DNA of 64,000 bases from the human T2T-CHM13v2.0 reference genome, Homo sapiens. The DNA lies in the NCBI RefSeq assembly GCF_009914755.1, contig NC_060940.1; one strand, 5' to 3'. The notes beneath the pieces are model-generated. The model ran no database searches and was not told the DNA's origin. It saw only the letters and a program-made list of their open reading frames with translations. Position numbers and translations under genes: made by a program. Shown piece after piece: positions 1-12,224 of the stretch; position 1 is the stretch's first letter; the number at the start of each line of letters is the position of its first letter.

Positions 1-3000
1 CAATTCTATTATATTGGATGATTCCATTCGATTCCATTTGATGTTGATTCAATTCGATTCTATTCGATGATGATTCCATTGGATTTCACTTGATGATTCT
101 ATTCGATTCCATTCAATGATGATTCACTTCTCGTCCATTGGATGATTCCATTTCATTCCATTCGATGATGATTCCATTCGATTCCATTCGATGATTCCAT
201 TCGATTCCATGCGACGGTGAGCAATTCGATTCAATTCCATGATGATTCTATTTGATTCAATTAGATGATGTTTCCATTCGAATCCATTCCATGATTATTC
301 CATTGGAATCCATTCGGCGATGATTCCATATGAGTCAATTCAATGATGATTCCATATGGGTCCGTTCGATGATAATTCCATTTGATTTCATTCGATGCTT
401 CTATTCTATTCCAGTCGATGATGATTCCGTTGGAGTCCATACGATGATTCCATTTGATTTCATTTCATGATGATTCCATTCGATGATGATTACATTGGAT
501 TCCATTCTATGATTCCATTCAATTCCATTCGTTGATGATTCGATTCCATTCAATGATGATTCCATTTGAGTTCATTCGATGATTCTATTCGATTCCGTTC
601 GATGGTGATTCAATTCTCTTATATTGGATGATTCCAGTCGATTCCATTTGATGATTATTCCATTGGAGTCCACTTAGTGAATCCTTTAGATTCTACTCGA
701 CGATGATTCCATTCGAGTCCATTCGATGATACCATTCAATTCCATTCGTTGATGCTTCCATTCAAGTGCATTCGATGATATCATTCGATTCCATTTGATG
801 ATAATTCCATTTGATTCCATGCGATGATTCTATTCGATTCCATTCAATGATAATTCCATTCAATTCAGTGATTCCTCTGGACTCCATTTGATGATGATTC
901 CATTCAATGATTCCATTCGATTCTATTCGAAAATGATTCCATTTGAATCCATTTGATGATGATTCCATTAGATTCCATTTGATGATTCCATTCGATTCCA
1001 TTCGACGATGATTCCATTCGATTCCGTTTGATGATTCCATTCTATTCTATTCGATGATGATTCCATTCGATTCCATTCGATGATGATTGGATTCGATTCC
1101 ATTTGATGATTTCATTTGATTCCATTCGTTAATGATTTCGATCAATTCCATTCGATGATTCCATTCGATTCCATTCGATAATGATTACATCCGAGTCCAT
1201 TCGATGATTCCATTGGAGCCTGTTCGATAATTCCATTTGAGTCCAACCAATGATTCCATTCATTTCCATTCAATGATTCCATTCGAGTCCATTTGATCAT
1301 TCCGGTAGGGTCCATTCGATGTTGATTCCATTGGAGTGCATTCGATGATTCCATTCGAGTCCATTTTAGGATTTGATTCGAGTCCTTTCGATGATTCCAT
1401 TCGATTCCACTCGATGATGATTTCATTCGAGTCCATTCGACACTTCCAATCGATTCCATTTGATGATTCCATTCGAGTCCAATTGATGATTCCATTCAAT
1501 TCCATTCGATGATGATTCCGTACGATTCCATTCTGTGATGATTCCATGTGATTGCATTCAATGATGATTCCTTTCGATTGCATTCGATTATGATTCATTT
1601 CGTGTTCATTCTATGGTTCCAGAGGTTTCCATTCGTGTCCATTCCATTATTCCATTCTATTCCATTTGATGATGATTCCATTCGATTCCATTCATTGGTG
1701 ATTCCACTCAATTCCATTCAATGATTCCATTCCATTTCTTTCAACAATGATTCCATTAGTTTCTAATCGATGATCCACTTGATTCCATTTGACGACGATT
1801 CCATTCTTGTCCATTCGATGATTCCATTTGATTCCATATGATGATGATTCCATTCGATTCCATACCATGATGATTCCATTCGAGTCCATTCAATGGTGAT
1901 TCCATTCAATTCCATTCGATGATTCCTTTTGATTCCATTCGATGATGATGGCATTCGATTCCTTTCAATCATTCCCTTTGATTCCATTCAAAGGTGATTT
2001 CATTCAAGTCCATTCGATAATTGCATTCGATTCCATTCTATGATGATTCCATTCGAGTCCATTTGTTGATTCCATTCAATTCAAGTCAATGATGATTCCA
2101 TTCGATTCCATTCGATGATTCCATTGGATTCCATTCGATGATGATTCCATTCAAATCCATTCGATAATTCAATTCAAGTCCATTCGATGAAGATTCCAAT
2201 CGAATCCATTCAAAGATTCCATTCAGTTCCATTCGATGATTCCCTTAGATTCCATTCGATGATTCCACTTGATTGCATTTACGATGATTCCATTCGATTC
2301 CATGTGATGATTCCATTCAATTCTATTCAATGATGTCTCCATTTGATTCCATTCGACCATGATTGCCTTTGATTCCATTCAATGATTCCATTCGGTTCCG
2401 TTTGATGATGATTCCGTTCGATTCCATTTGATGATTCCATTTGATTCCATTGGATGAGTCCATTCGATTACATTCGATGATTATTCCATTCGAGTGCATT
2501 AGATGATTCCATTCGAGTCCATTCGATGATTCCATTCGATTCCATTCGATGTTGATTCTGTTCAAATCCATTCGATGATTCCACTCGATTCCATTCGTTG
2601 ACTCCATTTGATCCCATTCGATGATTTCCTTTGATTCCCTTTGATGATCATTCCATTTGATTCAATTCGGTGATTTCATTTGATTCCATTCAGTGATGTT
2701 TCCATTCGACTCCATTCGATGATGATTCCATTCGACTCCATTCGATTATGATTTCATTCAATTCCATTCGATAATGATTCCCTTCGAGTCCATTCGATGA
2801 TTCCATTCGATTCCATTCAACGATGATTTGATTCGTGTCCATTCGATGATTCCATTTGATTCCACTTGATGATGATTCCATTCGAGTCCATTTGATGATT
2901 CCATTCAATTCCATACTCCGATGATTTCTTTTGAGCCCACTCAATGCTTCCACTCGATTCCATATGATGATGACTCCATTCGATGAAATTCGATGATGAT

Positions 3001-6000
3001 TCCATTCGCTTGCTTTCGATGATGATTCCACTTGAGTCCGTTAGAAGATTCTATTCAATTACATTCCAGGACGATTCCGTTCGAGTCCATTTGATGATTC
3101 CATTAGACTCCATTCGACGATGATTCCATTCGATGTTATTCGATGATTCCATTCGATCTCATTCGATGATGATTCCATTCAACTCCATTCGATGTTTCCA
3201 TTCGAGTTCATTCTATTATTCCATTAGATTCCATTCGATGATGATTCCATTCGATTCCATTTGATGATTGCATTCTATTTCATTTGATGATGATTCCATT
3301 CGAGTCCACTCGATGATTCCATTCGAGTCCATTTAATGAATCCATTGGTTTCAATTCTATGATGATTACATTGGATTCCATTCGTTGATGATTTCATTCG
3401 GTTCCATTCAATGATGATTCCATTCAATTCCTTTCAATGTTTCCATTCAATTCCATACGATGATGATTCCATTTGATTTGATTCGACAGTGAGCCATTCG
3501 ATTCAATTCCATGATGATTCTATTTGATTCAATTGGTTGACATTTCCATTCGATTCCATTCGATGATGATTCCCTTTGATTCTGTTCAAAGATGATTCCA
3601 TTCTAGCCCATTCAATCATTCCATTCGATTCTATTCAATGATGATTCCATTCATGTCGATTTGGTGATTCCATTTGACTTCATTTGATGATGATTCCTTT
3701 CAAGTTCATTAGATGATTCCATTCGATTCCATTTGATGATGATCCCATTCGAGTCCATTCAGTGATTCCATTCGTTTCCATTCCATGATGATTCCATTCC
3801 TTTCCATTCAATGATTCCATTCGATTCCGTTTGATGATGATTTCATTCGAGTCCATTTGATGATTCCATTTGATTCCATTCGATGATGATTCCATTCGAG
3901 TCCATTCGATGATTCTATTCGAATCCATTTGATGATTTCTTTTGATTATATTTGGTGATGATTCCATTGGAGTCCATTCAATGATTCCATTCTATTCCAA
4001 TCGATGATGATTCCATTAGAGTCCATTTAATGATTCCATTTGATTCCAGTCTCTGATGATTACATTCGAGTCCATACGATGATTCCACTCAATTCCATAT
4101 GATGATGATTCCATTTGATTCCATTCGGTGATTCCATTCTATTCTATTCAATGGTGATTCCATTCGAGTACATTAGATGATTCCATTCGATTCCATTCAA
4201 TGATGATTCTATTTGTGTCCCTTAGATGATTCCACATGATTCCATTAGATGATGATACTATTTGAGCCCATCCAATGATTCCCTTCGATTCCATTCGATG
4301 AGGATTCCACTCGATTCAATTCATTGGTGATTCTATTCAATTCAATTCTTTGATTCCATTCCATTCCATTCGACAATGATTCCATTCGATTTCTTTCGAT
4401 GATTCCACTCGATTCCACTTGACATTGATTCCATTCGATTCCATTCAATGATTCCATTTGATTCCAGTGGATGATGATTGCCATCGATTCCATTCGATCA
4501 CTCCATTCTATTCCATTTGATGATGATTACATTCGATTCCATTTGATGATTCCATCTGATTCTATTCGAGGATTCCATTTGATTCCATTCGATGATGATT
4601 CCATTCGAGTCCATTTGATGATTTCATTCGAGTACATCCAATGATTCCATTCGAGTCCATTAGATGATTCCATTTGATTCCATTTGAAAATGATTCTTCT
4701 AGAGTCCATTCAATGACTCCATTCGAGTCCATTCAACAATTCCATTCGACTCCATTCGATGATTCCATTCGATTCCATTTGATGGTTCCATTCGAGTCCA
4801 TTTCATCATTACAGTCGAGTCCATTTGGTGATTCCACTGGATTTCTTTTGATAATGATACCATTCAATTACATTTGATGATGATCCCATTCAATTTCATT
4901 TGATGATGATTCCATTAGAGTCCATTCGATGATTTCATTCGAGTCCCTTCATTGATTCCATCCGATTTCATTGGATGATGACTCCATTCGAGTCCATTCG
5001 ATGATTCCACTCGATTCCATTAGATGACTCCATTGGAGTCCATTTGATTGTTCCATTCGATTCCATTCGATTCCTTTCGAAGATTATTCCATTTGAGTCC
5101 ATTCGATGATGATTCCATTCCATTCCATTCGATGATTCCGTTTGATTCCATTCGATGATTCCCTTCGATTCCTTTCTTTGATGATTCCATTCCATTCCAT
5201 TCAATGATTCCATTCGAATCTATTCCATGATGATTCCTTTCGATTCCATTCGCTGATGTTTCCGTTCAATTCCATTCGATGATGATTCCATTCGATTCCA
5301 TTCATTGAGGATTCCATTTGATTCCATTCAATGATGATTCCATTCTATTCCATTCAATGATTGCATTCAATTCCATTCAATGATTATCCCATTAGAGTAA
5401 ACTCAACGATTCCATTCAATACCATTCGATGATGATTCCTTTTGAGTCCATTCAATGATTTCATTCAAGTCCATTTGATGATTCCTTTCAATTCCATTCT
5501 ATGATGATTCCATTCGAGTCCATTCGATGATTCCATTCGATTGCATTCGATGATTCCATTATATTCCATTCAACGGTGATTCCATTCGAGTCCATTCGAT
5601 GATTCCATTAGAGTACATTTAATGATTGCTTTGTTTTCAATTCGAAGATGATTACATTGGATTCCATTCTATGATACCATTCGATTCCATTCAATGATGA
5701 TTCCACTCAAATCCATTGGATGATTCCATTCGTGTCCATTCGGTGATTTCATTAGATTCCATTCGAGGATGATTCCATTCGATTCCATTCGATGATTCCA
5801 TTCAATTCCATTCGATGATGATTCCATTCCAGTCCATATGATCATTCCATTTGATTTCATTCGATGATGATTCCATTCGATTCCATTCGACGATTCCATT
5901 CTATTCCATTCGATGATGATTCCATTCGAGTCCATTCGATGATTCCATTCGAGTCCATTTAATGATTCCATTGGGTTCAATTCAATGATGATTACATTGG

Positions 6001-6112
6001 ATTCCGTTCTATGATTCCATTCAATTCCGTTCATTGACAATTTGATTCCATTCGATGATGATTCCATTTGAGTTCATTCGATGATTCTATTCGATTCTCT
6101 TCGATGGTGATT
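1..6112 (+). repeat. Higher-order unit U1 (6112 bp; unit phase set arbitrarily at window start)
   Basis: The anchor CAATTCTATTATATTGGATGATTCCATTCGATTCCATTTGATGTTG at 1 recurs at 6113. The ORF track repeats with offset 6112 (762->6874). Confidence 0.95.
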
Positions 6113-6775
6113 CAATTCTATTATATTGGATGATTCCATTCGATTCCATTTGATGTTGATTCAATTCGATTCTATTCGATGATGATTCCATTGGATTTCA
6201 CTTGATGATTCTATTCGATTCCATTCAATGATGATTCACTTCTCGTCCATTGGATGATTCCATTTCATTCCATTCGATGATGATTCCATTCGATTCCATT
6301 CGATGATTCCATTTGATTCCATGCGACGGTGAGCAATTCGATTCAATTCCATGATGATTCTATTTGATTCAATTAGATGATGTTTCCATTCGAATCCATT
6401 CCATGATTATTCCATTGGAATCCATTCGGCGATGATTCCATATGAGTCAATTCAATGATGATTCCATATGGGTCCGTTCGATGATAATTCCATTTGATTT
6501 CATTCGATGCTTCTATTCTATTCCAGTCGATGATGATTCAGTTGGAGTCCATACGATGATTCCATTTGATTTCATTTGATGATGATTCCATTCGATGATG
6601 ATTACATTGGATTCCATTCTATGATTCCATTCAATTCCATTCGTTGATGATTCGATTCCATTCAATGATGATTCCATTTGAGTTCATTCGATGATTCTAT
6701 TCGATTCCGTTCGATGGTGATTCAATTCTATTATATTGGATGATTCCACTCGATTCCATTTGATGATTATTCCAT
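5985..6775 (+). repeat. Old internal direct repeat of ~180 bp at 610-bp spacing (5985-6165 and 6595-6775), present once per unit
   Basis: Gapless match of ATGATGATTACATTGGATTCC...GAGTTCATTCGATGATTCTATTCGATTC..TTCGATGGTGATTCAATTCTATTATATTGGATG, with about 10 mismatches counted by eye. Confidence 0.85.
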
Positions 6776-9700
6776 TGGAGTCCACTTAGTGAATCCTTTA
6801 GATTCTACTCGAAGATGATTCCATTCGAGTCCATTCGATGATACCATTCAATTCCATTCGTTGATGCTTCCATTCAAGTGCATTCGATGATATCATTCGA
6901 TTCCATTTGATGATAATTCCATTTGATTCCATGCGATGATTCTATTCGATTCCATTCAATGATAATTCCATTCAATTCAGTGATTCCTCTGGACTCCATT
7001 TGATGATGATTCCATTCAATGATTCCATTCGATTCTATTCGAAAATGATTCCATTTGAATCCATTTGATGATGATTCCATTAGATTCCATTTGATGATTC
7101 CATTCAATTCCATTCGAAGATGATTCCATTCGATTCCGTTTGATGATTCCATTCTATTCTATTCGATGATGATTCCATTCGATTCCATTCGATGATGATT
7201 GGATTCGATTCCATTGGATGATTTCATTTGATTCCATTCGTTAATGATTTCGATCAATTCCATTCGATGATTCCACTCGATTCCATTCGATAATGATTAC
7301 ATCCGTGTCCATTCGATGATTCCATTGGAGCCTGTTCGATAATTCCATTTGAGTCCAACCAATGATTCCATTCATTTCCATTCAATGATTCCATTCGAGT
7401 CCATTTGATCATTCCGGTAGGGTCCATTCGATGTTGATTCCATTGGAGTGCATTCGATGATTCCATTCGAGTCCATTTTAGGATTTGATTCGAGTCCTTT
7501 CGATGATTCCATTCGATTCCACTCGATGATGATTTCATTCGAGTCCATTCGACACTTCCAATCGATTCCATTTGATGATTCCATTCGAGTCCAATTGATG
7601 ATTCCATTCAATTCCATTCGATGATGATTCCGTACGATTCCATTCTGTGATGATTCCATGTGATTGCATTCAATGATGATTCCTTTCGATTGCATTCGAT
7701 TATGATTCATTTCGTGTTCATTCTATGGTTCCACAGGTTTCCATTCGTGTCCATTCCATTATTCCATTCTATTCCATTTGATGATGATTCCATTCGATTC
7801 CATTCATTGGTGATTCCACTCAATTCCATTCAATGATTCCATTCCATTTCTTTCAACAATGATTCCATTAGTTTCTAATGGATGATCCACTTGATTCCAT
7901 TTGACGACGATTCCATTCTTGTCCATTCGATGATTCCATTTGATTCCATATGATGATGATTCCATTCGATTCCATACCATGATGATTCCATTCGAGTCCA
8001 TTCAACGGTGATTCCATTCAATTCCATTCGATGATTCCTTTTGATTCCATTCGATGATGATGGCATTCGATTCCTTTCAATCATTCCCTTTGATTCCATT
8101 CAAAGGTGATTTCATTCAAGTCCATTCGATAATTGCATTCGATTCCATTCTATGATGATTCCATTCGAGTCCATTTGATGATTCCATTCAATTCAAGTCA
8201 ATGATGATTCCATTCGATTCCATTCGATGATTCCATTGGATTCCATTCGATGATGATTCCATTCAAATCCATTCGATAATTCAATTCAAGTCCATTCGAT
8301 GATGATTCCAATCGAATCCATTCAAAGATTCCATTCAGTTCCATTCGATGATTCCCTTAGATTCCATTCGATGATTCCACTTGATTGCATTTACGATGAT
8401 TCCATTCGATTCCATGTGATGATTCCATTCAATTCTATTCAATGATGTCTCCATTTGATTCCATTCGACCATGATTGCCTTTGATTCCATTCAATGATTC
8501 CATTCGGTTCCGTTTGATGATGATTCCGTTCGATTCCATTTGATGATTCCATTTGATTCCATTGGATGAGTCCATTCGATTACATTCGATGATTATTCCA
8601 TTCGAGTGCATTAGATGATTCCATTCGAGTCCATTCGATGATTCCATTCGATTCCATTCGATGTTGATTCTGTTCAAATCCATTCGATGATTCCACTCGA
8701 TTCCATTCGTTGACTCCATTTGATCCCATTCGATGATTTCCTTTGATTCCCTTTGATGATCATTCCATTTGATTCAATTCGGTGATTTCATTTGATTCCA
8801 TTCAGTGATGTTTCCATTCGACTCCATTCGATGATGATTCCATTCGACTCCATTCGATTATGATTTCATTCAATTCCATTCGATAATGATTCCCTTCGAG
8901 TCCATTCGATGATTCCATTCGATTCCATTCAACGATGATTTGATTCGTGTCCATTCGATGATTCCATTTGATTCCACTTGATGATGATTCCATTCGAGTC
9001 CATTTGATGATTCCATTCAATTCCATACTCCGATGATTTCTTTTGAGCCCACTCAATGCTTCCACTCGATTCCATATGATGATGACTCCATTCGATGAAA
9101 TTCGATGATGATTCCATTCGCTTGCTTTCGATGATGATTCCACTTGAGTCCGTTAGAAGATTCTATTCAATTACATTCCAGGACGATTCCGTTCGAGTCC
9201 ATTTGATGATTCCATTAGACTCCATTCGACGATGATTCCATTCGATGTTATTCAATGATTCCATTCGATCTCATTCGATGATGATTCCATTCAACTCCAT
9301 TCGATGTTTCCATTCGAGTTCATTCTATTATTCCATTAGATTCCATTCGATGATGATTCCATTCGATTCCATTTGATGATTGCATTCTATTTCATTTGAT
9401 GATGATTCCATTCGAGTCCACTCGATGATTCCATTCGAGTCCATTTAATGAATCCATTGGTTTCAATTCTATGATGATTACATTGGATTCCATTCGTTGA
9501 TGATTTCATTCGGTTCCATTCAATGATGATTCCATTCAATTCCTTTCAATGTTTCCATTCAATTCCATACGATGATGATTCCATTTGATTTGATTCGACA
9601 GTGAGCCATTCGATTCAATTCCATGATGATTCTATTTGATTCAATTGGTTGACATTTCCATTCGATTCCATTCGATGATGATTCCCTTTGATTCCGTTCA

Positions 9701-12224
9701 AAGATGATTCCATTCTAGCCCATTCAATCATTCCATTCGATTCTATTCAATGATGATTCCATTCATGTCGATTTGGTGATTCCATTTGACTTCATTTGAT
9801 GATGATTCCTTTCAAGTTCATTAGATGATTCCATTCGATTCCATTTGATGATGATCCCATTCGAGTCCATTCAGTGATTCCATTCGTTTCCATTCCATGA
9901 TGATTCCATTCCTTTCCATTCAATGATTCCATTCGATTCCGTTTGATGATGATTTCATTCGAGTCCATTTGATGATTCCATTTGATTCCATTCGATGATG
10001 ATTCCATTCGAGTCCATTCGATGATTCTATTCGAATCCATTTGATGATTTCTTTTGATTATATTTGGTGATGATTCCATTGGAGTCCATTCAATGATTCC
10101 ATTCTATTCCAATCGATGATGATTCCATTAGAGTCCATTTAATGATTCCATTTGATTCCAGTCTCTGATGATTACATTCGAGTCCATACGATGATTCCAC
10201 TCAATTCCATATGATGATGATTCCATTTGATTCCATTCGGTGATTCCATTCTATTCTATTCAATGGTGATTCCATTCGAGTACATTAGATGATTCCATTC
10301 GATTCCATTCAATGATGATTCTATTTGTGTCCCTTAGATGATTCCACATGATTCCATTAGATGATGATACTATTTGAGCCCATCCAATGATTCCCTTCGA
10401 TTCCATTCGATGAGGATTCCACTCGATTCAATTCATTGGTGATTCTATTCAATTCAATTCTTTGATTCCATTCCATTCCATTCGACAATGATTCCATTCG
10501 ATTTCTTTCGATGATTCCACTCGATTCCACTTGACATTGATTCCATTCGATTCCATTCAATGATTCCATTTGATTCCAGTGGATGATGATTGCCATCGAT
10601 TCCATTCGATCACTCCATTCTATTCCATTTGATGATGATTACATTCGATTCCATTTGATGATTCCATCTGATTCTATTCGAGGATTCCATTTGATTCCAT
10701 TCGATGATGATTCCATTCGAGTCCATTTGATGATTTCATTCGAGTACATCCAATGATTCCATTCGAGTCCATTAGATGATTCCATTTGATTCCATTTGAA
10801 AATGATTCTTCTAGAGTCCATTCAATGACTCCATTCGAGTCCATTCAACAATTCCATTCGACTCCATTCGATGATTCCATTCGATTCCATTTGATGGTTC
10901 CATTCGAGTCCATTTCATCATTACAGTCGAGTCCATTTGGTGATTCCACTGGATTTCTTTTGATAATGATACCATTCAATTACATTTGATGATGATCCCA
11001 TTCAATTTCATTTGATGATGATTCCATTAGAGTCCATTCGATGATTTCATTCGAGTCCCTTCATTGATTCCATCCGATTTCATTGGATGATGACTCCATT
11101 CGAGTCCATTCGATGATTCCACTCGATTCCATTAGATGACTCCATTGGAGTCCATTTGATTGTTCCATTCGATTCCATTCGATTCCTTTCGAAGATTATT
11201 CCATTTGAGTCCATTCGATGATGATTCCATTCCATTCCATTCGATGATTCCGTTTGATTCCATTCGATGATTCCCTTCGATTCCTTTCTTTGATGATTCC
11301 ATTCCATTCCATTCAATGATTCCATTCGAATCTATTCCATGATGATTCCTTTCGATTCCATTCGCTGATGTTTCCGTTCAATTCCATTCGATGATGATTC
11401 CATTCGATTCCATTCATTGAGGATTCCATTTGATTCCATTCAATGATGATTCCATTCTATTCCATTCAATGATTGCATTCAATTCCATTCAATGATTATC
11501 CCATTAGAGTAAACTCAACGATTCCATTCAATACCATTCGATGATGATTCCTTTTGAGTCCATTCAATGATTTCATTCAAGTCCATTTGATGATTCCTTT
11601 CAATTCCATTCTATGATGATTCCATTCGAGTCCATTCGATGATTCCATTCGATTGCATTCGATGATTCCATTATATTCCATTCAACGGTGATTCCATTCG
11701 AGTCCATTCCATGATTCCATTAGAGTACATTTAATGATTGCTTTGTTTTCAATTCGAAGATGATTACATTGCATTCCATTCTATGATACCATTCGATTCC
11801 ATTCAATGATGATTCCACTCAAATCCATTGGATGATTCCATTCGTGTCCATTCGGTGATTTCATTAGATTCCATTCGAGGATGATTCCATTCGATTCCAT
11901 TCGATGATTCCATTCAATTCCATTCGATGATGATTCCATTCCAGTCCATATGATCATTCCATTTGATTTCATTCGATGATGATTCCATTCGATTCCATTC
12001 GATGATTCCATTCTATTCCATTCGATGATGATTCCATTCGAGTCCATTCGATGATTCCATTCGAGTCCATTTAATGATTCCATTGGGTTCAATTCAATGA
12101 TGATTACATTGGATTCCGTTCTATGATTCCATTCAATTCCGTTCATTGACAATTTGATTCCATTCGATGATGATTCCATTTGAGTTCATTCGATGATTCT
12201 ATTCGATTCTCTTCGATGGTGATT
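6113..12224 (+). repeat. Higher-order unit U2 (6112 bp)
   Basis: Anchor at 6113 and 12225; ORF offset 6874->12986. Confidence 0.95.

Noticed and set aside
1290-1645. Atypical G-richer patches (TCCGGTAGGGTCC ~1301; CGTGTTCATTCTATGGTTCCAGAGGTTTCC ~1601) as insertions or regulatory elements
   Set aside because: They are short, still alignable to the degenerate satellite register, present in every unit, and lack target-site duplications or TE hallmarks. They are useful only as landmarks.
4674-4877. The only plus-strand ORF (67 aa, also at 10786-10989)
   Set aside because: It is present only in U1 and U2 because of chance SNPs (e.g. TTTCAT for TTTAAT) that remove stops. It does not begin at a true ATG and has satellite composition.
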